A DNA stretch of 61,742 nt, filler included, from Choristocarpus tenellus KU-1152 (lineage: Eukaryota; Protista; Phaeophyceae), in assembly GCA_964200185.2 (NCBI GenBank). It is 9 parts of 9 records of this genome, joined end to end, with 100 filler letters (N's around TTAATTAATTAA, not from the genome) between each part and the next. Parts side by side here need not be neighbours in the genome. Positions count along the whole stretch, not along the records: positions 43,071 to 46,519 come from CAXNAD020019953.1; positions 46,620 to 61,742 come from CAXNAD020001056.1; 7 more parts are not named here. One strand, 5' to 3'. Of the stretch, positions 45,649 through 61,476 are shown piece after piece (within the stretch, counting starts at the first letter, position 1; the number at the start of each line of letters is the position of its first letter). The position numbers and the translations under genes are program-made. The notes beneath the pieces are model-generated. The model did no database searches and was not told the DNA's origin. It worked only from the letters and a program-made list of their open reading frames with translations.

Positions 45649-45909
45649 GAGTCAAAGTATCTTAGAGGATATAGCGGCGTCCATTTGGGGGCAAAATCCA
45701 ATGTATCGATTTTGATGTAATTTTGGCTATCGTGTTTGTTAGGAAGTGTCAATATATATGTTCCAGACACACCTTTTCATAATGTATATACATTTCACTT
45801 GCTCCGAAACATTTTGAAGTGGGTAAATGTCATGAAAAAAAAAATTGCGAAGCCAAGTCCAAAATGGACAAACAGGGAAAAACTCGTACCCTCTAAGATT
45901 CTTTCACTC
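45649..45909. mobile_element. ~260-bp MITE full copy flanked by CAAT on both sides
   Basis: caat|GAGTCAAAGTATCTTAGAGG ... CCCTCTAAGATTCTTTCACTC|caat. Confidence 0.9.
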
Positions 45910-46170
45910 CAATGTAGAATAAAACTTCGACAGATCTGCAACAGGATTTATGTCATCTCTGTCACTCTGGTATAAAAGGTGTAAGTCCATTCAGGATGCA
46001 CACTAAGGGGAGCATGTGCGGCCAAGTCAAGGCCATGCCGGCTCTTGTCTGGGACAGAATATCCGGAGCGATTGAGTGGGCACAGGTCAACACCAGGATC
46101 TGCGATCATCATAATGTACATTAGAGGGAGCATGTACAGCCAAGCCAAGGCTGTGCTGGCTGCTGTCTAG

Positions 46171-46519
46171 GAAAGAATATCAGGAGTGCTTGGAGTGGGG
46201 AATCCATACAACTACCTTGACACGGAACACCTCTGCCACCAAGTCCTCTTCCATGAAGGTACTTTCCAAGGATAACCAGTTGGGTTTGGACATGAGTGAG
46301 GAAGTGAGATCGTTTGGAGGACATGTTTTCTGTGAGGTCAGGAAAAGGAAAACCAAAAATACTAACCTTCAAACATACTGATCCTATAGTTCGATAATTC
46401 CCTCCCGATTAGACCTACTCTATGAGCTTTCGGAAGTACAGAATACAAGTTTAATGGAATCCTCCAGCATCGGCAATGACCTGGCGACATTCGATGACGG
46501 CATCAAGGTTTTGTCTGAA
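46171..46519 (+). CDS. Possible two-exon fragment of an unknown protein at contig end
   Basis: ctag|ERISGVLGVGNPYNYLDTEHLCHQVLFHE G|gtact...attag|D-LLYELSEVQNTSLMESSSIGNDLATFDDGIKVLSE joins in phase 1. Confidence 0.3.
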
Positions 46520-47964
46520 NNNNNNNNNNNNNNNNNNNNNNNNNNNNNNNNNNNNNNNNNNNNTTAATTAATTAANNNNNNNNNNNNNNNNNNNNNNNNN
46601 NNNNNNNNNNNNNNNNNNNGGCCTGGTGGGCCCCATTACAATGGCCCCTTGTACCAAAGCCAAGTTCACACGCTCATTAGACGGGGTTTGGTCATGTCAA
46701 AACAAAAAGGACCTGGCAAGTCACAAAGTAGACAGCCTTCAAAAAAAAGAAAAAGATAGTAACCATTTTCACTGGGTGCAAGTACAGAGCTAGAGTAGAT
46801 AACTTCAGCCTGTCTTGGTATTCAGTGCATCAAAGCAAACTCCCCTGCAGAGTTACAACACAATCCTTGCGTGTAATTTTCAGTACAGAAAACCACTACA
46901 ATAACATCAGTAAGCATCACCATTCACGCCCCAATCAAAGAACTCCCTAACCCTAAACACCTTCATCCAACAGCTCAATAAACTTAAAAAAAAAATTTAA
47001 TCATCACTACTCTGCAACAACAACCAACCCCCCCTCCCCCCCCAAAAAAAACAAATCCCCAGTCCGCTCTCGCCAGCCATTTCATCTCCTCCGACAACAG
47101 CATGAACAGACCTTCAACTTGAGCCGGGCCTCCAATCTTCTCAAAAAAATCAAGAAAGTGCCGCCGATGGAGTAATGAATACAGTAATGAATACAGTAAT
47201 GACTACAGTAATGATAGGCGAAGATCAATGGAGTACATTCTGGTGACTGCACAAGCTAAGCCGATCATACCAATGTCGACTCCTCTACCAGCTAAGTCAT
47301 AACGCCTCCTTACGTCATGCCCTACCCACACCAACAAAGACAAAAAAGAAGAAGAGGGTTGTGGAGGGACCTTGCCTCTCCACCACCATCACCACCACCC
47401 TGTGCGATACCCTTCCTGCTCAGTAATAACGAGTCCTTCGCCAACATTCAAAAACCGTGAAAGAGAGAGCCGGTGCGCTGCGTACAATACAAAATCTGAG
47501 AGTCGCCTCCCAAGTGTCTCGCTACATCGCAGTGGGAATAACACAACAGATTCAATCAGAAATATATGTATGTATTGTGACGGTCTCCACCTCTTGCAAT
47601 ACATAGGAACAGATCTCTACAAAGTGCTCGAGTTGGTATTAATTACTCTGGAGTAGTGGTCGTAGGGAGAGATTGCAAGGAGTAAGTTGTAGGGGGTATT
47701 GTCCCAGCCAGGAGGGACGAGATTCTCAGTAAGTCAGCAAGTCAGTCAGTAGGTGTCCATTCCTGTCATATTCCTCCAAAACATTAAAATTTTTTGTCCA
47801 TCTTCACAACATTAGAAGGCGTCCTATGAAATACTCCCATGGCTACTTCGCTTCAAAACTGAGCAGAAAAAAAGATCCACACACACAGACACACACAGAT
47901 AGAGGAAGTCAACAACTCATTTGCAACCCCCTCCCACCCCCCTTATTCCCTTCCAGCTCGATCA

Positions 47965-50367
<2,403 letters not shown>

Positions 50368-51549
50368 CGCTAGACACCCTGGTCCCGAACTTCCTAGTTC
50401 ACTGCTCCCAAAACTCTACTTCACTTCTGCTGGGATACCAAGGCAGAGAGGAGAAGAAGAAAAAAGAGAGATAGACTACCAATACGGGGTGAGAAATTTC
50501 AGGACGACTTCCACCTTACAAGTCCCTGATCCACTCAAACAAGTATTGTTTGTACACAATGGGTCATGGTTGGTCGGGTGAAACGCAAAAAGACCAAGAT
50601 AATAAAAACAAAAGACCACGCGAGATGTGCGCGCCAGGAGAGATTATATACCACAAATATCAGTATTATACACTGCACCACTATACTAGGATTTTCAAAA
50701 ATTAGGCGTTGAAAATGAGGAGTAAAGACCATCATATTATCGTGGAGATGTGCATACTCCCTAAAATGACAGTTTATCGTCTAACTAGGCGAATCAGTGT
50801 GAGGGGTGGTCACAAGCAGATTCCTAGTCAAGAGTTCTGATTTACCTTCACCTATTGTTAGTCTGACACATCCCAGAGTGGGGGTCGATCAGGTAGTCGA
50901 AACAAGGCAACATAGACAGTTTGAGAAAATTCACAAAGAAGAAGAAAAGCAGAAGAAAGGAGGAAAAAGGAATAAGAAGAGAAGAATTTGTTCCATCCAT
51001 CACCACTATTCCCAGTGCGTCAAGACTGAGTATCCCAATAACAAACCACAACAACGCCACCAAATGAGCTACTAGCTGCGTGCAGTGATTCTGTGCCATA
51101 ATAAGCAGATAATACAATGGGCACATCTCTCTCTCTCTCTCTCTCTCTTTGCAGTGGGTGAATGAAAAAAAACGTATTTGTATGTCCATGTCGCCATGTA
51201 CGTGTCTTCTTCAAGGACCAGAGAAAGAGAAGAGGTTCAGACTTCCCACAAACAAACCCATGATGGCATCATGGTGGTGGTTCATGTGCTGTGGTTGGTG
51301 CTCTCTCTGCGATGGCACCACCACCTATTGTGACCCCCTTTCCCTTTCTGACAAGTCCTACAAGTAGTTACACACCCTGGCTCGCTCATCATGTGTCAGA
51401 TAATAGTTGCCTGGGTGTTCTGTGAAATACCGTGGTATTTACCTGTCTGTGGGAGTCTGAAGAGAAAAATAATTACAGCAGTAGTAGTGCAATTCTCCAT
51501 TCATTATGAAGATCTTATCAGTTTCCAAAACAATTTATGCACTTTTCCT

Positions 51550-51816
51550 TCAAAAAGGAGGCATTTGAAATGTAGTTTTTGTACCGATTGCTAGATGCGA
51601 GGTGGTGGATCTTTGCCACCATAATATCATCCGACACAACCCGCTGTAAATTCTGGACACCTGCAGTCCCCCACAGCTCTCTTGCAGATTCTTTATGATG
51701 GAGCAGTTGGCCAGGAATGTGTCTATCTCGCAAGCCCCAGCCTGTGAAGCCTTCGCTATCATTAGAATTCCCTCCTGGCCACTTTCAAGGTCAGAGTTAT
51801 GCACATATCCCCACAC
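51550..51816 (-). mobile_element. Possible highly degenerate reverse-transcriptase fragment (DIRS/LTR-like)
   Basis: WGYVHN...ILMIAKASQAGACE....L...II..L.ESCGGLQVS loosely follows the YxDD-ILI...L..LG..V..K pattern; catalytic motif absent. Confidence 0.25.
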
Positions 51817-53589
51817 TTACACACCAAGTTTGTAAAGGCACAAACACACACTCCCCGGCCTATCCAAGAATCCCCTTCTACTCAGGCACAGTTTGTCCTT
51901 GCTCCTACCCAAGCACAATCTACCTGTCTGTGCCATTCCTCCCGGTACCGCCAGAGCACCATGGCTGGTGGCTGCTGGATTTTTTTCTCTTTTTCCCCTG
52001 GTATGGACCACACAGCCCCCTCCTGTGCCTCTCCCCTTCCTGTTGTGCTCCAGAGCCATGGCTACCATCATCATGTCGGACATTTCCCCCAACCTCAACC
52101 TCTACCAGTTTTCCCAGGCATAACCCTCTGACCACTCCTTTCCTCCTGGATCTGCTGGAGCTCATGTGGCCACTAACTGGTGTGCCTTCAATTGTTTCTT
52201 CCCCCATTGCACAGCCCCTAATTGATACCTGTTCATAGTGTTGCTATGCCTTGAAGTCCTCCATCCCCATCGCATATAGGACGTAAGAAGTAAATTAATA
52301 TGGTTGTTGCAACTGAGAGACAGAACAACTAACGAGATGATTGATTATTGCTCAACCGATATAACAAAATCGCCTGCCTCTTTTGTGGCGTTGGCATTTC
52401 ATAAGCAAAGACAATAGTACTGTTCAGGGATCCACTGAAGTAGCCACCAAATCGGAAGAAAAAATTAGAATTTGTTTTTCGTATTCGTGCGATCGAAGGC
52501 GCGACAACAATGGTCAAAAATTGGCTCTATTGGAACTGCACAATCATGTCAAGAACGTAATATACTATCAACAATATTATGCACCTACCCATTTTTACCT
52601 TATCTTTTTCGATTTCACTATCATGACAATATTCACCAATTTCATCCATCTTCTATATATTTCCTGATAAGCTAACTTTGACCGTTTCACACAAAAAGGA
52701 ACAAAGAAGTGGGATATGAAACCATACAAGACACATTCCTTGATATAGTCACAATTGGGGTGGTTTGGGGATATAATAAATCCCGGAACCCATTAAGGCG
52801 TCTGGCCTTCCAGTGATGAAAAAATAATCTGTTGCAGAGAGGTGCGAAGTGACGACTGAGAGAAGGTATGGGATGACCGATGTACAACCCCCATTTCCTT
52901 CCTTACTGTTGTTGTGCTGGTCCCTGAAATTGTTAGCGCACAGCCCATGTGCTATAATGTTGCCGGTCTGTGTTGTGGTAGCAGAGAAATCTGTCATCAG
53001 AGCAAGCAGTAAGCTGTAGGTCGAAGCGACCCCTTGGGTGCGTGATCACCCTTAAAATCCATCGACGCAGATGAGAATGGGAAGATTACCATCACATAGA
53101 AGAACAACCACTCGAGGACGCACTACTTGTAAAAAGGTCTTCTCACGTTCGCACTCTCCCTCCGTCTGTGCCATCTTACGATGCTCGATCGATAATCCTC
53201 TAGACAGGTTCAGCTTATCATGTGTGAGTTTGCCTTACTTCTTCTCTTGGGAACAATGTTCCTCACATTGGTGGGAGCACGCATGGTGAGGGTCACACGT
53301 GGTCGGGATTCTTTGTTGACACGCTCGTCTTACAAGAAGTTCAGAATTAAGAAAAGGAGAAGAAATCTAGAATTTTTTCGTATTAATATTACAGCCTGGC
53401 TGGTAAGAGCTGTTCCATTCCAGAAAGGTGCCACAGCTCGTCATCCCATTACCTCTGCTTGTCGTGAAACTCTGAACTACGATTCCCTTCGATTTGTCAA
53501 CCTTGTCAAGCGATCTGTGATGTCGACCAAAGATCCGAGCCTCTCCTGTGCTGAGTTCTCCCATCTTTGTCACATGTCTAACCATGATG

Positions 53590-56500
53590 AAGGGGGGAGA
53601 TCCTGATAGAGGTCTTCAGAAGATTGGCATCCTCGGTCGCCTCAGGAAATTCTTTGTACCAGACTTGGAAGGTTTCTGTGACAAGGCAGGTTGCTGCCAC
53701 CATTACAACCACGCCAATATGAGTCTATCCGGAAAACTTGAGGATGCACAGCATACGGTGGGTAGCTACAACCCATCACAGCTCTACCCCTTACCCTCAG
53801 TCTTGCATATGTGCTAGTGAGTGAATAAATGTGAATACAACCGAAAATATGGGTGACACAATTTTACTCCACCCTTGCAGAACCATGTGCCAGCTTCGAT
53901 GAGTCTATCACCTGTCAGATGTAGCAATCTACATGATTGTTGAAAGGGAAGTGATTACAGATATAACGGATATGATGGTCTGGTCTTAGGAGGACGAGTA
54001 TTTCCATTTCCAATCTCTCAAATGATTCTCATTCTATGATTTCTCCCATATTCCACCACTGGACTACCCCCTATTTCCCTCCCCTTCCCTTGAGCTCCCC
54101 TGCTCCACCTGTCCCTTGATCACCTTCCCGCACCCTTTCCCTACCCACAATCATTTCATGCTTACTGCTTTTCTATGCATCCTGTCCTTCCCTTGAACGT
54201 AGTACTTCCTCAATCTCCACCCCCACCCACCCCTGTCCTGGGATATGTACAACGAGTTGCCCACCTTCACTAGTCCAAAACCCACCACTGCCCTTTTACT
54301 ATTTTCCAACCTTGCCTCAGTGTATAGTGCCATGCCATACTTCTGGTTGGCATCAGGTTAAACCAACCTCACACATCTCACCCCTCCAGGACACACACAT
54401 ACCCCAACCTGACCACACAATACCTAAAAGTACTCTCTGACTGGTATGGTCTGGAATTTGTTTCCTTTGCATTTTGTTAAGTGTGTTCCATTACCCAGCA
54501 GTTACGTAGATAACTGGCCGAGGTGTGCCTATTCAATCAGTTCATCCTTGTCCTGAAAGCAAAAAAATAGATTACATGAAGAGGAATTTTATCACCAGTT
54601 GACATCATGGTATGGTACAATAGGAGTATGCATTGCAACTGGAAACCACGTATGTACACATGATGAAAGTACTTTGGGAGAGACATTCCTTCCAATGACA
54701 ACCTCAGCAGCAGCCAAGGGTTACACACATTGCATGAGGCGATATTCCTACAACCAAACTCCTCTCTCTATGGGTCATCTCTCAGGTGATACTGCAATTT
54801 TGGTGGATTGTTGCAACGGTGACAGCTTTCTTGATGGTTGCCTTTGTGTGTGTCAAGGTATGTTGGCATTTTTGATGCACAAGCCTTGTCACACTAGATG
54901 ATAGTGTGTAGGCATGGGGAAGCTTGAGTTTGAGTATAATGCTTTCCTTTGTTGACCCTTTGTGCCACTTGGACAGATATTGGAAGGTTCCATAAGAGTG
55001 GACTAACCAGAGCGACGAGCACACACTGTAGGTATTTTCTGTGCATAATATATCGTGCAATTTCTACTCTCCCACCTCTATGCCTTCACCATATATACAA
55101 GGGTCTGTCAGAAGCAGGTATGGTCTTCTTGTTAATATTGTGACATGGTGTGCAATACTACCCTTGCCAATATTGTGCAAGGTTAGTAGCTGCCTTCGCC
55201 TGTACCTCTTGCCCCCAAGCTGACTGCCCTGAGGTGACTTCTGTCCTGACCATCCCCGTAGTTGTGGAAGACGGCAAAGGTCCTTGCAGTGCAGCTTCAC
55301 AGCAACCAGGATGATATGGTCAGAGCGACTTTGTTGGCAAATGCAAACCGAGAGCGAGAGCAGAAGGTGGTTGTGATTCTCTTCCGCCCCCCCAGTTGTT
55401 GGAACTTCTAGTTATTCCCCTCCTTCACATGTGTCCAGATGACGATCATACACCTCTCTTCACTACACGGTATGCCCTTTTGTTTGTTGCTGACCCTGGT
55501 CTCATTGCTGATGGGGTTGCACGGCATGAGCATTCTTTCCGTTGTACTCTAGATCCTGAGTTTAGTGAGGAGTCAAAGAGCTGAAATTAATGAGAGGTAG
55601 TTCAGGTTTGGCTGTTCTGCAGTTTGAGCCAGGTTTTCAATCTTTTGCAATTTCACAAATATTTCTATGGATGAAGTGATACGATGGACATGAGAGCGTT
55701 GATTTCTCTAACGTTTGAGTGTTCTCTAATATGAGCATTTTCAACAGAATTAAGGAAATATCCTACTCGCATTTGTAGAAGTCGAATTTTGCAAAATATT
55801 TGTTGGCATCCTTAAAATGCAACTTTGGGTATCTCTCGTTTGCTTTGACTCAAAGTCGTCCCAATCTCCCTCTGCCTTTACTTGATCATATTTTTGGCCC
55901 TGACCTAACTAATCGAAACTATGATCACAATCCCCAATAGCACATAACTGGCTCCTGAAATGCTCGTACCGTCTTGAAGAGAGAAGCTGAACAGAGGGCA
56001 ATCAACCGAGATCTGAGTGACAACCTTTTGAGGACCAGGTGGGATGTGGGGGAGAGTGAGGATTGATTACTCATTGCTTTCCCCTCGAACTATAGCACTG
56101 TGATTGAGGCTAGTTGGTGTGGGTTCAAGAAAAAAAATCAGATTCTCGAGAAGCAGCAAGGAAAAAATTCTTTACACATGGGGGCTTGGCGTTTGTGGTA
56201 ACTCCCCAAAGGATAACTCCAGATCGTCAGCTTGTCCATCACGTACCCTCCCAGGTTTCCTGACGAAAGACTCAACATGTGCGTGGTTGCCTCTCTCCTC
56301 CCCCTGGATGTATCTAAACCTCTTTCGGACCAATACAGAGAAATTCTGGCAAGGTGTTACAGTGAAAAGGATGAACATCAGGACCGAGAGGAAATGCTCG
56401 AGAAGGAGCTATTGGCCATGTCAAAGAGGGAAACTGATGCGGTGAGACGGCATGAGTCTAGTCTGAGTCCAAGTCGTCATAGTTGGCGGCAAGGGATGGA

Positions 56501-57669
56501 GGAGGAGTGGTTCCCTGCAGATGGTACCACAGTGGGCATCCCACCCTTCTCATATTTGACGAGTGATGGAACATGTTCTTCTCTTACAACCCTTTGCTTG
56601 AGACCAAACCTCCCCTGACCCACTCCCTATCCAAGGTTTGATCTCCACTTTTTACTTTGACACTGAACCAGTATGTGCTGTCCTTGTGATGTCTGACGAC
56701 TCAGGAGAAATCCCTTGCAATGACAACGACCTCCCTGGAGGATTCCAGAAGGTGCCTTACCGCAGTCATGGAAGAGAATACAGACCTACAGAATCAAATC
56801 ACCATCATGAGGCAAGATATGACAGTCATATCATAGTGCTGATATAGGATGGAGTATTCCATTTGCAGAACGGGAAGGAGAGGTTGGTTAGCAGATGGTG
56901 TGTAGTAGGATCAAATGCGTACTTAGGAATATACAGGATTTCCCATCTTCACCATAGATTCTTTCCAGACAGAGCGGTACAAGGAGAGACAAAGTTCTAT
57001 GCTGCCGTTGACGAACGAACCATTACCTCCACTCACATCAAAGACCAAACGTTGAAATGACTGTGAGTCTTGTCCGCCCTTGTTGGATTTCCTTGATACT
57101 AATGTGAAGGGAAAGATTGAAGGAATTGGAGGAGAAGAATGACAGCGGGGGAATATTTCTTTCCCAGGTGCCATTTTGAACTTTATTCCTACTAGCCTAA
57201 ATTGCTGAAATCCTAAGTCATTCCAACACATCCAATGTAGACAGTAGGACAAGAGTAGCCATGCATCACCTCTCTTTCCTTGTGCTAGTGTCCTATCCTG
57301 TGTAATGTACTATTCATACTTGAGCCGAGCTTTATGGGGGAGAGAAATGGCAAAATGAACAACTGTTCAAGAGTTGTTCCAGATAGAAAGGTAGGAACAG
57401 AGCGTCACTGACTGTGCAGTAACCAAAAGGATGAATGATCCGATTCGATTTCGAGTAGTTTGCCACCATATTGCATTGCTCCCATGGTTAACTACCCGCT
57501 GATGCCCCCTGCCCTTCAACGCACTACCTTCCTTGTATCATGCACCCCCTTTGTCTAGCTCCAAACAGGTACAAAAAGAATCTGCACGTCTTGACCTTCT
57601 CTATTCGGGGGGAATCTGCAACAAGATGCTCGAGCCAATTTGTGGGGACGTTCATGGGTCTGATCACAG
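53590..57669 (+). pseudogene. Disrupted multi-exon membrane protein (TM helices followed by coiled coil); clear exons 54541-54649, 54786-54857, 54977-55117, 55262-55366, 55941-56038, 56255-56441, 56705-~56824, 57569-57669
   Basis: Phases match across consecutive GT-AG introns: ...CIATGNH|VILQFWWIVATVTAFLMVAFVCVK|ILEGSIRVD*PERRAHTVGIFCA*YIVQFLL...KQ|LWKTAKVLAVQ...EQK|HITGS*NARTVLKREAEQ...TR|FPDERL...; stops at 55004, 55046, 55956 and a frameshift in the 54541 exon. Confidence 0.7.
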
Positions 57670-58014
57670 GTTAGGAACTGATATTCACCTGCAACTGTCC
57701 TCAATTCCTAGACAAGGGGACCCGTTCCAAGGCTAGTAGTCATACTTTCTTCGCTTGGCTTGTTTGGGTCTGCTGCTCAAAATGTTAATATTGGCTTGGA
57801 ACAAGATTGCACATTGTTTGTACCCTCAGTGACTGAGGATCTGTACCTGTAGACTGTTTCACAATAGATGGTCAGACGAAATATGATCTTTGGGTATATA
57901 TGAGAGTGAAAGATTGTACTTTCATCCCACAGAAGGACATTGGTGAGCGTATGTTCCAGGCACCAAGTGCAAATGATGTATGGAATTGTGTCAAACCTTG
58001 CTCTCCCTTCCAAA

Positions 58015-58280
58015 GAGTAAAATTATCTTAGAGGGTACGTGTTTTGCCCTGTTTGTCCATTTTGGGCTTGACTTCTCATGTTTTTTTTAATGACATTTTC
58101 CATCTTCCTATTCAAAAATATTTCGGGGTAGGTACAACATGTATGTTATGAAAAGGTGTGTCCGGAACAAGGATATTGATACATCCTAATAAACACGATA
58201 GCCAAAATTACATCAAAATTGTAACATTGGATTTTGACCGCCAAATGGATGTGGTTCTACCCTCTAAGATTATTTAACTC
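58015..58280. mobile_element. ~265-bp MITE copy (no matching TSD)
   Basis: GAGTAAAATTATCTTAGAGGGTA ... TACCCTCTAAGATTATTTAACTC. Confidence 0.88.
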
Positions 58281-58722
58281 ATTGACACCTATATCCCTAA
58301 TACAACATCATCCATTACCAATTAAGGTAACATTTTTGTAACCAAGTATACATGGACCAATCATCTACCTTGGTTTATTACAGTCATATAACCTTACCAG
58401 GTTGGCCCACAAGTAAGTATGGCGTTGCACGTGGGATAGCCCACATATCTCTCCGACTCTGAAGTGTTGTAGAGGAAAATGTTACACCAGTGACGCAACA
58501 AAAGCATACACTTTTTAGGTTAGACGCACAATAATGCCAGCATGAGTAACTAGAAAACCACAATGTGCATATGGTAACAATGAATGTGCTTTGTACCGGC
58601 CTTGGACCGGGACATCCATGACTCTATCAAAGTACACAAAACAATAAGTATATGCAAAGGAGTACCACAGACAGAATAGTGGGATAATGGCAGAGATCAA
58701 ATCCTACTACCAAGAGACGAAG

Positions 58723-58983
58723 GAGATTGAAAATATTTTAGAGGGTACGAGTTTTGCCCTGTTTGTCCATTTTGGTGCGTGGTTTCCCACGTATCTTTTT
58801 ATGACATTTTCCTACTTCAAAATGTTTTGGAGTAGAGAAATGTATATGTTATGAAAAGGTTGTTCGAGAACAAGGATATTGACACTTCCTAACAAACACG
58901 ATAGCCAAAATTACATCAAAATCTTAGCATTGGATATTGGTCCCCGTATGGACGCAGCCCTACCCTCTAAGGTACTTTGACTC
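58723..58983. mobile_element. ~260-bp MITE copy, same orientation as 58015-58280
   Basis: GAGATTGAAAATATTTTAGAGGGTA ... TACCCTCTAAGGTACTTTGACTC. Confidence 0.88.
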
Positions 58984-59370
58984 AAAATATTCCCAACATA
59001 TCTTCTACTTTGTACTATCTGGACCATACGAAAGTGGACAGCTTACACAAAAATTTGAAGTACGAGTCAAATATTTCAAATCCACTTCCTTCTGTTGCAT
59101 TACAGAGTAGTACTTTGGAGTATGTGTCAAAATTTCAGCATCATCTAAATCCTCCCCATGCACCTCCCTCTGTTGCTCGTCCCTCCATCTTCCTCTCCTC
59201 CTCTCCCTATCCCTCCCCCTCCACCTCACCCACATCCTTTCACCTCCCCCCCACTTCACAGGCCAGGGCAACAGACATGAACAGGCTCCCAAGGGCTTCT
59301 CCAGACCCAGGCCGATGACGAGGCATGGGGTCAATGCCAGGCAGCAGCGTTGTCACTGCTTCCACCGCAC

Positions 59371-61476
59371 CTGGCACACACCAACACCACAGAGCTCTTT
59401 GAGGGATGCCTCCGCGAAGATCTCCCTAGGCATCTCTTTTGCCTCAATCATGGCCTCATGCTGCAAGAAGAGGAAATGTACCACAAAGGGAATGGTTTCA
59501 AGTGTAGCAATAGTGACATGACATGTTAGTGGAAGGAATGACTCCACATGATCCCTTGCTTTCAATGCCCCACTACAAAATGTATCAAAATATGTCTACA
59601 AACCATTTCTTTGTACAAGTGTCCAGCATCAAGCATCCCATTAGGGTCCTGCAGCACGATGCTGATTCCTCGGGTAGATATCTCCCCATCTTATCTTCTA
59701 GACTTGTCAAAGAAGATCTCCTTGTTACCATGATCACAGAGGTGATGTCAAAGCTGCCGAGCTTGTTTCTCACACCCACACTTTGGTACTATACCAAATG
59801 AGTAAAGGCACCAACACATTGTATATATTCCAGGGGTTTCTCCAGCAGCTTAATGATATGTGAAATGTGATGGGCGTCTGATTAGGTTGATTCCTCTTGC
59901 CAGATATGATTTTCGACATCATCTTGGTAGCACCTAGCCCTGGAACCTTTGTCTTGCCACCCAGCGTATCGAGACTCTCTCGCTCAGTGTGGTGGAATGC
60001 ACAGAATACCTGCATGCTCAAGAAGTACCAAGTGCCTTGCCTGAGTCGGCATAGGGATGTACTCATTACATTCACCCACCCATGACACCAATAGTCAGAA
60101 GTCTTACCTCAAATGAAGACCTCTGCCTGATGCTCCTTCTCCCATATACCCCGTGACTCAGCGTCTTAAGGAAGGAGGGCATGTCCTTCTTGTTGATCCG
60201 CTGGGTAGCATTGACATGGGTGCACAAGGCAAACGTTAGGTAGATTGTCGAGGAAATCGGGCATACTCGATCTTCAGGGCAATCACAGACCCTCTACCAG
60301 GTATTCACTCGACACAAGCACACCTACTTTTTATAATATTATGACAGTTTATCAAATTCATATACAATCAGCAATAAAATAATCTATACTCCTCAAATGC
60401 TAGACTCTTATTTTTCTTATTTTTGTTCACATGAGTCTTACTTTCACTCTCATGCCCATGGTGCTTGGTGCAACAGGGTGCATATAGCGAGACATATGTG
60501 TGTCAGTTAGGGTCAGACCATCACTGAAGAGCTGCTTCAAGGCACCAAAAGAAACCACCTTCTCATCTCACGGTGGACTTGAAGTAAAGTACACTAGCAG
60601 CATGTTTGGTGTTTGGCACCAATGCAGAAAGTTGAAGAGTAAATAATTGATCGAAAGTCTCTGCTGGTATTACTGATGTAGAGTTGGATTCAAAGAGGAG
60701 AGGAAATTCTGGCTGCAGGGGGGGGGGTCATCGACCTGGAAGGAGACTCAAGCATTGCGAGCAGGTATCCCCCTCAAGGGTCTCAACAACTAGACTAGAT
60801 GACAACAATGATGGCAATATTTTATTCTCATTTCCGGTAGTGACATTTTCATCCAGGTTTCGAGGGGTGAAAAAACATTATAGATCCAACTCCACAAAAT
60901 ATCTAAAAATTGGAAGAATTATAGAGAAGAGAGATTTTTCTAGACATAGTATAAATAGACCAGGTTGAACACTCTTGGAGCACAGTTGGGAGCTACGTTA
61001 CCTTGGTATGAGGGCATGCTCAACATACTTAAAGACCAAAGTAAACGAGAGATACTCAAGGTTTGGTCGTTTTGAATTATTATTATATATCTGTTTTTCA
61101 ATCTTAATGCAGTTCACCCGTCTTCCTATCAATATACCGATACTTTATGTTTCTTCAACTTCAACAAGACCCACGACAATGCTCCACACACTCCAAAGGA
61201 GGACATTTTCTGAATTTCGTCCGGAATTTTTCAAACGATTGAGAAATAATAAATAGCTGTCTGCAGTTTCCCCTGGACCTCATTCAAGAAGTCCTGTGCC
61301 TCCAAGAGCTCCTGATGACTCCCAGGCAAGTTCTCCTCATGAACTCCTTGCCTCACTTTGCTGAGCTCATTGAGGTTTTGCTGAGCCTTTTCCACCATCT
61401 TCTTAGTGTCTTCCCTGTCTTCCTTCAGCCTGTCCAGGTGGTTTCCTTCCCATGATTTCGATGGCAAGGTCAGGAT
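59371..61476 (-). CDS. Internal exons of an unknown protein with coiled coil; exons 61476-61357, 60164-60108, 60009-59947, 59761-59729, 59460-59371
   Basis: Five stop-free AG/GT-bounded phase-0 blocks: ILTLPSKSWEGNHLDRLKEDREDTKKMVEKAQQNLNELSK|...|TLSHGVYGRRSIRQRSSFE|VFCAFHHTERESLDTLGGKTK|LGSFDITSVIM|HEAMIEAKEMPREIFAE; further exons may lie between. Confidence 0.5.

Noticed and set aside
54977-56038. Alternative genetic code or selenocysteine to explain in-frame stops
   Set aside because: Conserved genes (dynein, RIO2, RPL31, RUVBL1) have no in-frame TAA/TGA, both stop types occur, and a frameshift accompanies them
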